Assembly (NCBI GenBank): GCA_026390635.1
Contig: JAPLFO010000143.1
Coordinates: 1,890 to 65,889 of the forward strand
Direction: 5' to 3'
DNA: 64,000 nucleotides
Source: Ignavibacteriales bacterium
GTDB lineage: Bacteria > Bacteroidota > Ignavibacteria > UBA10030 > UBA8401
This document shows positions 8,503-18,544 of this stretch, piece by piece (positions within the stretch are counted from its first letter, which is position 1; each line of letters starts with the position of its first letter). Under the pieces are notes generated by a model. It made no database searches, was not told where the DNA came from, and worked only from the letters and a program-made list of their open reading frames with translations. A program made the translations under genes and the position numbers.

Positions 8503-9639
8503 TCACGCCATAATGGAATAGACCTGCACAAAATCGTCGATCCCCTTTATCACCATCGGCGTCAGTTTTTTGTAAGCGAAATTCGTGTGCGTCTGTCGAA
8601 ATGTGGCTTCGTCGACAAGAATTTCCTGCGCTCGAGCGAGACTTGAAAGTCGGGCCGACAGATTCACCGATCTGCCGATCACTGTATAGTCCAATCGTTT
8701 TCCTGATCCAAAGCTGCCCAGAATCACATCTCCGCTCGTAATGCCGATTCCTACGCCAAGTTTTGAAAAATGCTTCTGAAACTCAGCATCATCCTCCAGG
8801 ATCTGGGAAAATTCAGACAGCATCACCTCTGCCGACCGAACAGCGCGCAATGAATCATCTTCGCGCGGGGACGAAACACCGAATACTGCGAGCACGGCAT
8901 CACCAATAAACTTGTCGACCATTCCTGAGTGATCGTAGACGATGTCCGACATTTTTGAATAGAACTGATTGAGCAGCCTGACAACAATTTCCGGCGCAGC
9001 ATGCTCGCTGACGGCGGTAAAACCCCGAATATCGGCCGTCACGGTGGTGATTTTTCTGCGCTCCCCTTTCAGCTGAACAAGCATCTTCCCCTCAATCATT
9101 TTTTCCACGACTTCCGGGGCAACAAATTGTTCGAGCAGACCGCGAATACGGAATTTTTCCGCCTGATCCTGCAACAATTGGTACGCCTGCCGCTTGTTTT
9201 TCAAGAGTGCGCCTGTGTATTCCGCCATCAATTGCACCAATGTCAGATCAATCCCCTTGCCTTCAGTGGCCAACAAAATCACCGCTGTCATTTCGCGATT
9301 GATGGGGATGGGGATCATCAGTGAGACGGACATCGCCGCCAGTGGATCGAGTCGTTCATCATTGAATGGAAGCTGCAGCGGAGCGGTGGTATTGAGGATC
9401 TCTGTCAACGATACAAGAGCATTCACTGCGGAAGCATGTTGGGATTGCGTGAATCCGGACGATGACACAATTATGGCGTCTGTTGAATTACGATGCAGAA
9501 TTATAGAGAGAATGTTTGATGTGCGAAATATCTTTGCAAATGCACCCGCTGCCGCGGCAATGATTGCATTGTCGGATGCAGTGTTGGTGACGGCGTGCAT
9601 CGTTTCAAGCCACCCAGGCAGATATTCGATTGGATTCAT
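8503..9639 (-). CDS. GAF-like domain + class III adenylate/guanylate cyclase
   Basis: VTADIRGFTAVSE...VDKFIGDAVLAVFG...GIGITSGDVILGSFGSGKRLDYTVIGRSVNLSARL. The N-terminal ~160 aa end in a GAF-like LMIPIPINREMTAVILLATEGKG. Confidence 0.8.
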   Translation of the reverse strand: MNPIEYLPGWLETMHAVTNTASDNAIIAAAAGAFAKIFRTSNILSIILHRNSTDAIIVSSSGFTQSQHASAVNALVSLTEILNTTAPLQLPFNDERLDPLAAMSVSLMIPIPINREMTAVILLATEGKGIDLTLVQLMAEYTGALLKNKRQAYQLLQDQAEKFRIRGLLEQFVAPEVVEKMIEGKMLVQLKGERRKITTVTADIRGFTAVSEHAAPEIVVRLLNQFYSKMSDIVYDHSGMVDKFIGDAVLAVFGVSSPREDDSLRAVRSAEVMLSEFSQILEDDAEFQKHFSKLGVGIGITSGDVILGSFGSGKRLDYTVIGRSVNLSARLSSLARAQEILVDEATFRQTHTNFAYKKLTPMVIKGIDDFVQVYSIMA

Positions 9640-9645
9640 AGTTGG

Positions 9646-9993
9646 CTATTTCATTGATGAAAGTGCAGCGTCTTGTGTTGGATGGAGTGTGACGTATTCT
9701 GTCAATCCAATCATATCAAAGATTTTCTGAAAATGAGGTGTGAGACTGCAGACGGCAATTGTTTGATTCTTTTTACGCCCTTCCGTCACAATGCTGATAA
9801 TGATGGCAATGCCGCCGCTGTTGATATAGGCTGCTTCGGCAAAATTGAGAAGAATGTTCCCGTAGTTCTCCCGTGTCAGCTGTTCGTAAATGTCCATCAC
9901 TTCTTTTTCTGAAAATGGAGTGACGTCGCCCATCAAATTGATGATCCCCACACCATTGATGCTGGTGGTCCGGGCAAATTCCTTCTGAGTCAT
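9646..9993 (-). CDS. STAS-domain anti-sigma-factor antagonist (RsbV/SpoIIAA-like)
   Basis: 115 aa. LLNFAEAAYINSGGIAIIISI contains the candidate phospho-Ser (NSGG). The ATG overlaps the kinase stop (ATGA). Confidence 0.8.
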   Translation of the reverse strand: MTQKEFARTTSINGVGIINLMGDVTPFSEKEVMDIYEQLTRENYGNILLNFAEAAYINSGGIAIIISIVTEGRKKNQTIAVCSLTPHFQKIFDMIGLTEYVTLHPTQDAALSSMK

Positions 9994-10445
9994 TGTTGTT
10001 CCCTTTCATTGGTATATTTTTTATGGAGATAGATAATCATCGTTGTGGTGTTGCCGTCGTCCTGCGAACTGAAGGCAACCTCATCCATCAGACTCTTAAT
10101 GAGAAACATCCCCCATCCTCTGGGGGGGAGTGAGCCATCAATTTTTTTTGCAATGTTCGGTTTTCCAACCTCGGGTAGAAATTGTTTCCCCTTATCCTGC
10201 ACATCCACCTGGAGCTTGGATTCCTCGATCGTCAGCGTCACGATCACCTTTTCCGTTTCTACCTGCTTATTCCCATGTTCGATGGCATTCACACAGGCTT
10301 CGGAAATAGCAGTCCGGAGATCGTCGATGCGGTCATTGGTGAATCCCATGATCGCGGCCACTGACGCCGCAGATTCCATCGCCACTTTCTCAAATCCGAG
10401 AATGCTGGGCAGGTGCAGCTGAATTATTTGAGTAGGTTTGTCCAT
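9990..10445 (-). CDS. RsbW/SpoIIAB-like anti-sigma serine kinase (HATPase_c)
   Basis: N box ISEACVNAIEHGN, then VDVQDKGKQF, then GWGMFLIKSLMDEV. 151 aa. Confidence 0.8.
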   Translation of the reverse strand: MDKPTQIIQLHLPSILGFEKVAMESAASVAAIMGFTNDRIDDLRTAISEACVNAIEHGNKQVETEKVIVTLTIEESKLQVDVQDKGKQFLPEVGKPNIAKKIDGSLPPRGWGMFLIKSLMDEVAFSSQDDGNTTTMIIYLHKKYTNEREQQ

Positions 10446-10475
10446 AGTATCAATTCTCTCAAAGTGTGAATTATG

Positions 10476-11951
10476 TTATTGTACTTTTACAACCACCACT
10501 GTCATATCATCATGTTGGGGTGCATCGCCGACATGTTGCTGTACTGCTGTAAAAAGCTGAGTGGTAATATCTTTTGCCGTTGAGTCCACAGATAACGTGC
10601 GCACAAACTGCTCCATGCGCTCAAAACCAAATAACTCTTTCTCCTTATTCATTGCCTCCGGGATACCGTCTGTATAGAAGAATACAATATCGCCCTGATT
10701 CAGCTGCTCTTCCAGTTCGCTATAGTGTACTTCTTCCATAATCCCCAGCGGCAGCCGTACGCCAGGCACTTTGAGGAAACGCACTTCGGTTCCCCGCCTA
10801 AGCATCGGATGCATTTGCCCGGCATTCGAAAGCGTGAATGATCGAGAAGGCAGATCAATCACCGCAAACGATAATGCCGTGAACATTTGCTTCTGCGTCT
10901 TCAAATACATCGGGCGGTTGATTTTCTGAAGAATTATTTTAGGCGATTGGCTGTTTTCTGTTTCCTGATAAATCATTCCAGAAGTCATCACCGCAGTCAT
11001 GGCGGCCTTCATTGCTTTTCCGGAGACATCGGCGATTGCAATACCGAGTTTTGATTGTTTCTCATCAAGCCAAATGTAGTCATAATAATCACCCCCGACT
11101 TCAGTGGCCGGCAGTGACATTCCTGAAATATCATAATTCTCAATGACAGGATCGCCCGACGGCATTAATCCTTTTTGAGTATCCCGGGCGTTCAATAGTT
11201 CTGTCTCATACGCAGCACGTTCACCCGAAGATCTGGAAAATAGAATATTCACTCCGGAGAATGCCGCGATCATAAAAAAGAGAGAGAATGGTCCCAGCAA
11301 TGAACCGTTCGGCATTTGTGTGGCGGCAAGAATTGCTGAGCAGAGAACAATGAGTTGACAAACAAAATTAAGGAAATACAGCGTCTTCGATGTGTCGGGA
11401 ACGAAGTACGGTACCAACTGTATTGTGCGCATGAATGAAAATAGGATATTGGCTGAAGTCCGTAATACTTTCCCAAACCACTTCTCCTTTCGGATGAAAT
11501 AGAGACAGGTCAAACAACATGCGATAATAATCTTCAGACAAAACCTAAAGACAACAATGATGAATATCAAAATGAAGAATGAGGGAATTGGTCTAGAGTA
11601 TAAGAGGTGAGCAAATCTTTTTGACACAAGATAATATATCATAATGACTACAAAAAGCAGCGTTTCCATATATTCAAACAGGGAAAACGAAGCGGATTGA
11701 GCTTCAAGTCCGCTGTGACGAGAATAAAACTTGACAAAAGAAAAGGATTCGTACCATTTCCGGAACTTTGGCGGCATGAGGTTGTATCTGTACAATGGTT
11801 CAAGCATCAATATGACCGACAGGATCACAAGGCCAATCCCCCACCCATAGATACCGTCGTTGAAAGAGAGTATTGACAGAAAACCACAATATGCGATTCC
11901 GGCAAAGAACCAGCCCACATGAATCGGATGATTTGTTTGCGCTTTGATCAC
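10476..11951 (-). CDS. Membrane PP2C/SpoIIE phosphatase, paralog 1
   Basis: C-terminal block: GGDYYDYIWLD...FGIAIADVSGKAMKAAMTAVMTSGMIYQE...INRPMYLKT...SNAGQMHPMLRRG...FFYTDGIPEAMNKEKELFGFER...PQHDDMTVVVVKVQ. N-terminal ~240 aa polytopic. GTG start. Confidence 0.85.
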   Translation of the reverse strand: MIKAQTNHPIHVGWFFAGIAYCGFLSILSFNDGIYGWGIGLVILSVILMLEPLYRYNLMPPKFRKWYESFSFVKFYSRHSGLEAQSASFSLFEYMETLLFVVIMIYYLVSKRFAHLLYSRPIPSFFILIFIIVVFRFCLKIIIACCLTCLYFIRKEKWFGKVLRTSANILFSFMRTIQLVPYFVPDTSKTLYFLNFVCQLIVLCSAILAATQMPNGSLLGPFSLFFMIAAFSGVNILFSRSSGERAAYETELLNARDTQKGLMPSGDPVIENYDISGMSLPATEVGGDYYDYIWLDEKQSKLGIAIADVSGKAMKAAMTAVMTSGMIYQETENSQSPKIILQKINRPMYLKTQKQMFTALSFAVIDLPSRSFTLSNAGQMHPMLRRGTEVRFLKVPGVRLPLGIMEEVHYSELEEQLNQGDIVFFYTDGIPEAMNKEKELFGFERMEQFVRTLSVDSTAKDITTQLFTAVQQHVGDAPQHDDMTVVVVKVQ

Positions 11952-12030
11952 TGTTGTGGCCTTTCGAATTTGAATCCCAAGTCATCCGAAGATCTGTGAT
12001 GCGTTACCTTGGATGAGCCGTTATCGTTTG

Positions 12031-14934
12031 CTATGACACCTTTACCACGACCACCGTCATGTCGTCATGCTGCGGTGCTGCGCCGGCGTATGTTTTTGCG
12101 GCATCAAGTATTGTTTCAGAAATTTCTTGAGAACTCAATTCTGCATTCATCTCTTTCATCGTAGTTTCCAGCCTTTCAAAACCAAACAATTCATCCTTCT
12201 CATTCATCGCTTCGGGAATGCCATCGGTATAGAACAGTAGAATATCACCAATATTCAACTGTTCTTCCAATTCTTCGTATTGAATATCTTCAACGACACC
12301 GAGAGGCAGTCGGGCGCCGGGTACCTTTAGATATCGGATTTCACTACCGCGCTTCAAGAGAGGATGCATCTGTCCCGCATTGGCAACAGTCATAAGCCTC
12401 GAAGCTATGTCGATCACCGCAAACGACATAGCGGTAAACATTTGTTTGTCTGTCTTTAGGTACAGCGGCCGGTTGATCCGTTTCAAAATGGTCCGGGGTG
12501 AATCCGAGATGTTGACTTCGCGGTAGATCATTCCGCTGGTCATGATGGCGGTCATGGCGGCTTTCATCGCTTTGCCCGAGACGTCCGCCATTGCAATGCC
12601 AAATTTTGTTTGTTGTTCATCAAGCCAGACATAGTCATAATAGTCACCGCCGACTTCAAATGAGGGGTAACAACCGCCGGATATGTCAAATCCTTTGACT
12701 ACCGGATCCACGACCGGCATCAGTCCCATCTGTATATCGTGTGCAGTTTGGAGCTCTTCCGCCATTCTCTTCCGTTCTTTGAGCTCCGATTGCTGTCGTT
12801 CATCTGCGATTTTGATAAAGAAAAAGGTGAAGAAGGAAAATACCGTTCCCGCCAGCAGGGGAAGAATTTCTACAATGATTCCAAATTGCGCAGCCAGCCA
12901 TTTTGAGATCATTCCCTGCGCGAAAGCAAGAGCAATGATACCAGCAATGCTATATACGGGCTTCAGAAAGAGCACCATGTACAGAACAAGAAGGATTGTA
13001 ACAAGGGTGATGAAGAATGCATATATGTTGAGGAGCGGCAATGTCGCTTCTCTTTGCAGAATTTGATGAATGATATTGGAATAGATCAGTCTGAATCCGA
13101 CAAATCCTGTAATATATTTTCCCGGATCGACAATAACGATTTTTCCTGCGTACAACGAGCGCCACTCCGCGGGCGGATCATTCGACGCAATTCTCCCAAC
13201 GCCGCCATTGATCATATACTTTATTGAATCAGTCGTCTCAGCGACAGCTATTTGACCTAGGTTATCATCATTATCCCACACCACATAGCGGATATACGCA
13301 CTGTTGTCGCCGAGAAGTCCGGTTGAATATTCCCGATACATTAGTTTGTTTCGGGAAACCCGGATTTTGTTATTCGTCGTATCGCCGCGGAAATAGCGGA
13401 CAGCCACAAGAGCTGCATCCGGTGATGTTTCCCACTCGCCGGTCTTGTAGGATCGCGGATAATATTTGTCCGGCGTTATCATTCCCTGCGGAATTGCCGC
13501 GCTAATGACTCCCCAATCTGTCTTTGTACTGTTTCTAAATGGATCTGTCACAAATAATTCATTGTTCCATGTTCGTCTATCGGGCTGCACCGCAAAGACG
13601 ACGTTCTTTATGTCGGACAATTCTTTCAGTAATGCCGGATTCGCCTCGTAGTACACATAATCCTGCGGGAGGGGAACGACAATGCATCGTACGCCATACG
13701 TATTCAGTGCATCGCAGATCTTTTTCACCGATTTCAAATATGCAATTGGATTTGGCTCTTCCTGTTCTATGTTCCCGACCAGAAGTGTGCTGACGAACGG
13801 ACTCGGATTCCCCTTTCGCGATTCCGCCTTCTCATACGTGAAAAGGTATTGCATTTTTCGACTCCAATCGGACTCGTGGATATATTGAGCAATCACAAGG
13901 ATGCCGATGGTCGCTGCGCCAAGTTTGATGAGATAGAAATATTTCCGATAACGATCTGCGAGCGCGATATCATCCTGCATCTGTCGTTTTACAACGTGAC
14001 TGAAACGATAGAACGTATAAACGAGAAGACCAGGAATCACAATCCCAAGGATAGAAATGAAGAGTACGGAACCACTGAATAGAGCCAGCGGATTAATTTG
14101 ACGAAGTGAAAATCGTTCTCCTGTGTTTTCATTGAGCAATGCATTGCTGGAATGAGGAGAGACAAGAACAGAATAGGAGCTAAAGCTTCCGTCACTTTTT
14201 TCGATTGTTGCTCGCCCTACGATCTTCACCGTCGTATCGTTTGGAGTATCGATGATAGCGTAGTTGCCAAAACGATTTTGCTCGGGGAATCCAAGTTCAT
14301 GCAGCGTTACTGTTTTTCTGCTATGGATAGAGTGGAATGATCCATTCCCTCCTCCCAGTCCCTTCGGTAGGAAGTAATACTCCTGAAGCTTGGCGGAGAT
14401 TTTGTCGACATCGTTGGCCACGGCGTCAGTACAGTCCGAGAGCGCATTATCCTGCCGGATTGTCGTAAAAACCAATCGAGTGACGATATTCGTGCTGACA
14501 ATACCAATACAATTGAAGACAATGATTGAAATAGATGCCGTGTAGAGAAAGATGTTGAGAAGATAGAGATATATATTCCGTCGGGCAAAAACGATCGGAT
14601 CGTGCATGGTTCTAAAATAGCGCCAGTAGAATACTATTCCGAGCGGAGCAAAGACATATTGAATAAGAATATTGAGAAGCATCCTTCCAGCCATTGCAGA
14701 ACCGAACGGTGTTATGATATTCCCTGAAAATTCCGCGATACCGTAGGTAACCGTCATCCACCCCGCAGTGTAATAGACCGGCACAACGATATTGGAAAAA
14801 GAAATTTCTCGAGGGTCCCTACCTCGCACAGGAAATGTGCCAAAAAGAAAACCCAATTCAATAATGATGAGAATTGCCATGAACAATCGTCTCATTGTTA
14901 CGGGACGTAGGCCGGATTCAATTCTTTCTTTCAT
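12031..14934 (-). CDS. Membrane PP2C/SpoIIE phosphatase, paralog 2, with very large sensor region including a CHASE2-like domain
   Basis: Same C-terminal PP2C blocks (GGDYYDYVWLD, ADVSGKAMKAAMTAIMTSGM, PQHDDMTVVVVKVS). The ~720-aa N-terminal region has several TM helices and a ~250-aa extracytoplasmic segment followed by 3 TM helices, as in CHASE2. AAGGAG precedes the ATG. Confidence 0.85.
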   Translation of the reverse strand: MKERIESGLRPVTMRRLFMAILIIIELGFLFGTFPVRGRDPREISFSNIVVPVYYTAGWMTVTYGIAEFSGNIITPFGSAMAGRMLLNILIQYVFAPLGIVFYWRYFRTMHDPIVFARRNIYLYLLNIFLYTASISIIVFNCIGIVSTNIVTRLVFTTIRQDNALSDCTDAVANDVDKISAKLQEYYFLPKGLGGGNGSFHSIHSRKTVTLHELGFPEQNRFGNYAIIDTPNDTTVKIVGRATIEKSDGSFSSYSVLVSPHSSNALLNENTGERFSLRQINPLALFSGSVLFISILGIVIPGLLVYTFYRFSHVVKRQMQDDIALADRYRKYFYLIKLGAATIGILVIAQYIHESDWSRKMQYLFTYEKAESRKGNPSPFVSTLLVGNIEQEEPNPIAYLKSVKKICDALNTYGVRCIVVPLPQDYVYYEANPALLKELSDIKNVVFAVQPDRRTWNNELFVTDPFRNSTKTDWGVISAAIPQGMITPDKYYPRSYKTGEWETSPDAALVAVRYFRGDTTNNKIRVSRNKLMYREYSTGLLGDNSAYIRYVVWDNDDNLGQIAVAETTDSIKYMINGGVGRIASNDPPAEWRSLYAGKIVIVDPGKYITGFVGFRLIYSNIIHQILQREATLPLLNIYAFFITLVTILLVLYMVLFLKPVYSIAGIIALAFAQGMISKWLAAQFGIIVEILPLLAGTVFSFFTFFFIKIADERQQSELKERKRMAEELQTAHDIQMGLMPVVDPVVKGFDISGGCYPSFEVGGDYYDYVWLDEQQTKFGIAMADVSGKAMKAAMTAIMTSGMIYREVNISDSPRTILKRINRPLYLKTDKQMFTAMSFAVIDIASRLMTVANAGQMHPLLKRGSEIRYLKVPGARLPLGVVEDIQYEELEEQLNIGDILLFYTDGIPEAMNEKDELFGFERLETTMKEMNAELSSQEISETILDAAKTYAGAAPQHDDMTVVVVKVS

Positions 14935-15544
14935 GGCTTACTCCTTTCTCCGTCAACACTGAGCACATCTGGATATGGCCCTTCTGCCCGTTGATATTTG
15001 AAAAGACTGGACTCCATCCCCGGGCTACCGAATCCATCGAAACGATGGTCACGGCGGAATCTGACACTCCTGTAATGAAGTACAGGTCGTCACTATGCAC
15101 CTTCACCGTCAATTTATTCTCATGAATGTCAGAGGAATGTATCCGGCGAAACAGAATGCCAAGAGATTGTTTCGGCTCCTTCTGCTCATAATATGCGCGA
15201 TAGACCGGCATCAATGCTTCCTGTGTTTGGCCGACAATTGCTTCGTCGGATATTCTCGTCCGTATCTCAGTCAGTTTAGCCCGTTGCCATGTCGTCATGG
15301 AATAGAATACAGACCAAGCAGAAGCTGTTGCTGCAAAGAGCACCGCAAGAAGAACGATGAGGAGTATCTTTTTCAGCAGGGATACCTTTGATGCCGCCAA
15401 TTGTCTTATGAGGTACACTGCGGCAAAAGCACCTCCTCCGATCGTTCCGGCTATGGCAGAGCTCCATGGATCTGTCGGTGAGTAGAAAACGATGAATGAT
15501 ATGCAGACCATTGCGCTCCCAGCTGCGAGCCATCGTAGATACAT
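14918..15544 (-). CDS. Hypothetical membrane protein embedded in the PP2C array
   Basis: 208 aa with three hydrophobic helices followed by a ~120-aa soluble tail. The stop overlaps the paralog-2 start by 17 nt. Confidence 0.5.
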   Translation of the reverse strand: MYLRWLAAGSAMVCISFIVFYSPTDPWSSAIAGTIGGGAFAAVYLIRQLAASKVSLLKKILLIVLLAVLFAATASAWSVFYSMTTWQRAKLTEIRTRISDEAIVGQTQEALMPVYRAYYEQKEPKQSLGILFRRIHSSDIHENKLTVKVHSDDLYFITGVSDSAVTIVSMDSVARGWSPVFSNINGQKGHIQMCSVLTEKGVSHERKN

Positions 15545-15610
15545 AGAATCTCCATCGTTTGATGAAGCGTGATTGTTGATTCAATCTTGGTTGTAGGCAC
15601 ATTAATAGTT

Positions 15611-17017
15611 TCACGCCACTTTCACGACCACAACGGTCATATCATCATGCTGCGGTGCGGTGCCGGTATGATGATGCACTGCTGCAAACAGCCGGTCTAT
15701 TATTTCTTTGGCTGTCAGCTGCGCATTTAACCTGCGCACAAATTGCTCCAACCGCTCGAATCCGAATAGTTCCTTCTCCGCGTTCATTGCTTCAGGAATG
15801 CCGTCGGTAAAGAAGAGAATCAAATCGCCAGGCGAGAGGGACTCCGTCAGTTCATCGTACACAATCTCTTCCATCACACCCAGCGGCAATCGCACACCCG
15901 GTACGGTAAGGAACTTCAATTCGTCGTTTCGTTTTAAAATCGGCGGCAATTGTCCGGCGTTGGAAAGCCGCAACGTTCTGCCGATCGTGTCAATTTCTGC
16001 AAAGGACATGGCGGTAAACATCTGCTTCTGCGTTTTTAAATACATGGGACGGTTGATCTTCCGGAGAATCGTTTTCGGTGTGTTGTTACTTCCAATTTCC
16101 CGATACACCATGCCGCTGGTCATCACTGCGGTCATGGCGGCTTTCATCGCTTTCCCCGATACGTCGGCGATTACAATGCCGAATTTTATCTTATCCTCAT
16201 CCAACCACACATAGTCAAAATAGTCTCCGCCGACTTCTGCCGCAGGCCTGCTCGTGCCGGAGATATCAAAGCCAATGAGAGCGGGATCCTCCGTTGGCAT
16301 CAACCCAAGCTGCAACTCGGTCGCCGTCCGCAGTTCATGGCGGTACGTGTTCTTCTCCAACACTTCAGCGTATAGTACCGCAATAACCATAAAGATGGAC
16401 ACAACACAGCCCGCAATAAGCGCAGTCGCCGTCGCTGTCCGGGTCGTAACGAAAAGAACATACAATAAAAGCCATGTGCTGACATAGCCGGCGAAAAAAT
16501 ACCAACGACGGTCTTTGCTGATTTCGTCGAAGATTGCAAGCTTGTAGTCACCGCCGACAAGTATCGCTGCCTTCAAGAGAGATATTTTTTTTCCGGGAAT
16601 GTGCACATCTTTCATCGCGGTACTGACGTATTGGGAATACTTCATCAAAAACCAACCGCCGACGCCCCAGAACACAAGAACGAAGACAATGAAAGCAAGA
16701 ATAATAATAATGCCTTCTTCCAGGCCATTGGAAAGAATTATACCGAATCCGACGACGAGAGAGATGCCGCTGATGAACATTGTGCCTTTGAACAGGAGTG
16801 CATTTTTTTTAATCTGTTCCAAATGGTACCCAAACCAGATTGAGTATGCCACCAGCAGACTGAAGAATCCCGAGACAAGAATGACCTCTACTCGATAGGC
16901 AAAAGTAATAGGGATGCCGGCTTCTTTGACCAGCCTCAACACAAGCAGAAGAAAGAAATACGAAGAAAATGCAACAAACAGTCCCACAAAGAATTTTGAA
17001 CGCAGAAGTGTTTTCAT
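15611..17017 (-). CDS. Membrane PP2C/SpoIIE phosphatase, paralog 3
   Basis: GGDYFDYVWLD...FGIVIADVSGKAMKAAMTAVMTSGMVYRE...FFTDGIPEAMNAEKELFGFER...PQHDDMTVVVVKVA. Polytopic N-terminus unrelated to the other paralogs. Confidence 0.85.
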   Translation of the reverse strand: MKTLLRSKFFVGLFVAFSSYFFLLLVLRLVKEAGIPITFAYRVEVILVSGFFSLLVAYSIWFGYHLEQIKKNALLFKGTMFISGISLVVGFGIILSNGLEEGIIIILAFIVFVLVFWGVGGWFLMKYSQYVSTAMKDVHIPGKKISLLKAAILVGGDYKLAIFDEISKDRRWYFFAGYVSTWLLLYVLFVTTRTATATALIAGCVVSIFMVIAVLYAEVLEKNTYRHELRTATELQLGLMPTEDPALIGFDISGTSRPAAEVGGDYFDYVWLDEDKIKFGIVIADVSGKAMKAAMTAVMTSGMVYREIGSNNTPKTILRKINRPMYLKTQKQMFTAMSFAEIDTIGRTLRLSNAGQLPPILKRNDELKFLTVPGVRLPLGVMEEIVYDELTESLSPGDLILFFTDGIPEAMNAEKELFGFERLEQFVRRLNAQLTAKEIIDRLFAAVHHHTGTAPQHDDMTVVVVKVA

Positions 17018-17018
17018 A

Positions 17019-18509
17019 TCAGTTCACCTTGACCGCAACTACTGTCATATCATCGTGCTGCGGCGCCTGCCCTGCAAAGCGCTGGACTTCTGCAAGAAGC
17101 CCTGCCGTGATCGTCTTTGCCGAGGACTGCGGCTGCACGCTGCCGACAAAGGAGTCGATACGATCAAATCCGAAAAGCTCCATCTTCTCATTCATCGCCT
17201 CAGCAATACCGTCGGTAAAGAAGAGAATCAGATCGCCGGAAGATAATTGTTCGGACACTTCATTGTACTGGGAGTCTTCTATCACGCCTAACGGCAGTCG
17301 ATTTCCGGTGACATGGAGATATTGAATTTCATTACCGCGCTTCAGCAACGGAGGCATTTGTCCCGCATTGGAAAGTGTGAGGATGCGTGTGGATGTGTCG
17401 ATAACGGCAAAGGAGAGCGCGGTAAACATTTGCTTTGAGGTTTTTAGATACATTGGACGATTGATATGCTGAAGAATTACCTTTGGCGACATTGAATTGC
17501 CAATTTCGGTGTAAATCATGCCGCTGGTCATCACTGCGGTCATGGCAGCTTTCATTGCCTTGCCCGAAACATCGGCGATGGCAATACCGAATTTTGTTTT
17601 TTCATCATTCAGCCAGACATAATCGTAATAGTCTCCGCCGACTTCATTGGCGGGAATCGTGCTTCCCGATATTTCCAGTCCGGGAACAACCGGATCCGAT
17701 TCCGGCATGAGGCCGAATTGCATCGCTCTCGCAACATTCAATTCAGCCTTGGCGGCTTCTTTCTCAGACGTTTCCATGGCCGTCAACACCAAGGAAGAAA
17801 TCGTTGTCAATGCAGGCAGGCCAACCAACACCAGCAGAGCCACACCAGGGATAACTCCAAAGACGAAATTCGGCAACCCGGTCGCCTGAGACAGGAATGC
17901 GATCCAGTGGGGTATGTTCGGGCTGGAAACACCGAGCAGGAATGCGAAATAGGGAAAGATCGAACCGACCGCCAGAACAATGAAGAGCGTCCTTTTCTGA
18001 CGTTTCGATGAGGCCGTCCAGAGAGATTCGCCGATCGCACCGTCAGTGACAAAGCTTACCTGCACAAGCGACAAGAGTGATCGGGATCTCTTTGCTTTCT
18101 CAATGATGGCCGATTCCCTTCTTCGTATCCGCGTCTGCATCAGTTTCATTGGCAAGAGAATGACAATAAGGATGGCGCCGAAGACTTTAACGATGGGATA
18201 GAATGTATGACTGTAAATGCCATGATCGACCACAAAGAACTGCAGGAACCCCGCCAGAAAAAAAATGAGAACATACAGAACGGTATAGAGAATCTTCCCC
18301 CGCGGCGAGAGGATGTGAACATCCTTCATTGCTTCATTACCTACAGGAGCATAGAGCAGCTCGATGAAAAGAATATTGCAGAAGAATCCGACCACATACA
18401 GCGTCAGATAGAGGGTCGGCAGTTTAGAAGAGAACGCCAGAAGGATTGAGATGACATAAAATGTCACGACAATGGAGAAGAGTATGCCGTACAACGGTAT
18501 TTTTTTCAT
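17019..18509 (-). CDS. Membrane PP2C/SpoIIE phosphatase, paralog 4
   Basis: GGDYYDYVWLN...FGIAIADVSGKAMKAAMTAVMTSGMIYTE...FFTDGIAEAMNEKMELFGFDR...PQHDDMTVVAVKVN. 1-nt gap to paralog 3. Confidence 0.85.
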   Translation of the reverse strand: MKKIPLYGILFSIVVTFYVISILLAFSSKLPTLYLTLYVVGFFCNILFIELLYAPVGNEAMKDVHILSPRGKILYTVLYVLIFFLAGFLQFFVVDHGIYSHTFYPIVKVFGAILIVILLPMKLMQTRIRRRESAIIEKAKRSRSLLSLVQVSFVTDGAIGESLWTASSKRQKRTLFIVLAVGSIFPYFAFLLGVSSPNIPHWIAFLSQATGLPNFVFGVIPGVALLVLVGLPALTTISSLVLTAMETSEKEAAKAELNVARAMQFGLMPESDPVVPGLEISGSTIPANEVGGDYYDYVWLNDEKTKFGIAIADVSGKAMKAAMTAVMTSGMIYTEIGNSMSPKVILQHINRPMYLKTSKQMFTALSFAVIDTSTRILTLSNAGQMPPLLKRGNEIQYLHVTGNRLPLGVIEDSQYNEVSEQLSSGDLILFFTDGIAEAMNEKMELFGFDRIDSFVGSVQPQSSAKTITAGLLAEVQRFAGQAPQHDDMTVVAVKVN

Positions 18510-18544
18510 AGCGGGCTCATGATTATTCTTATGATTTTACATTG

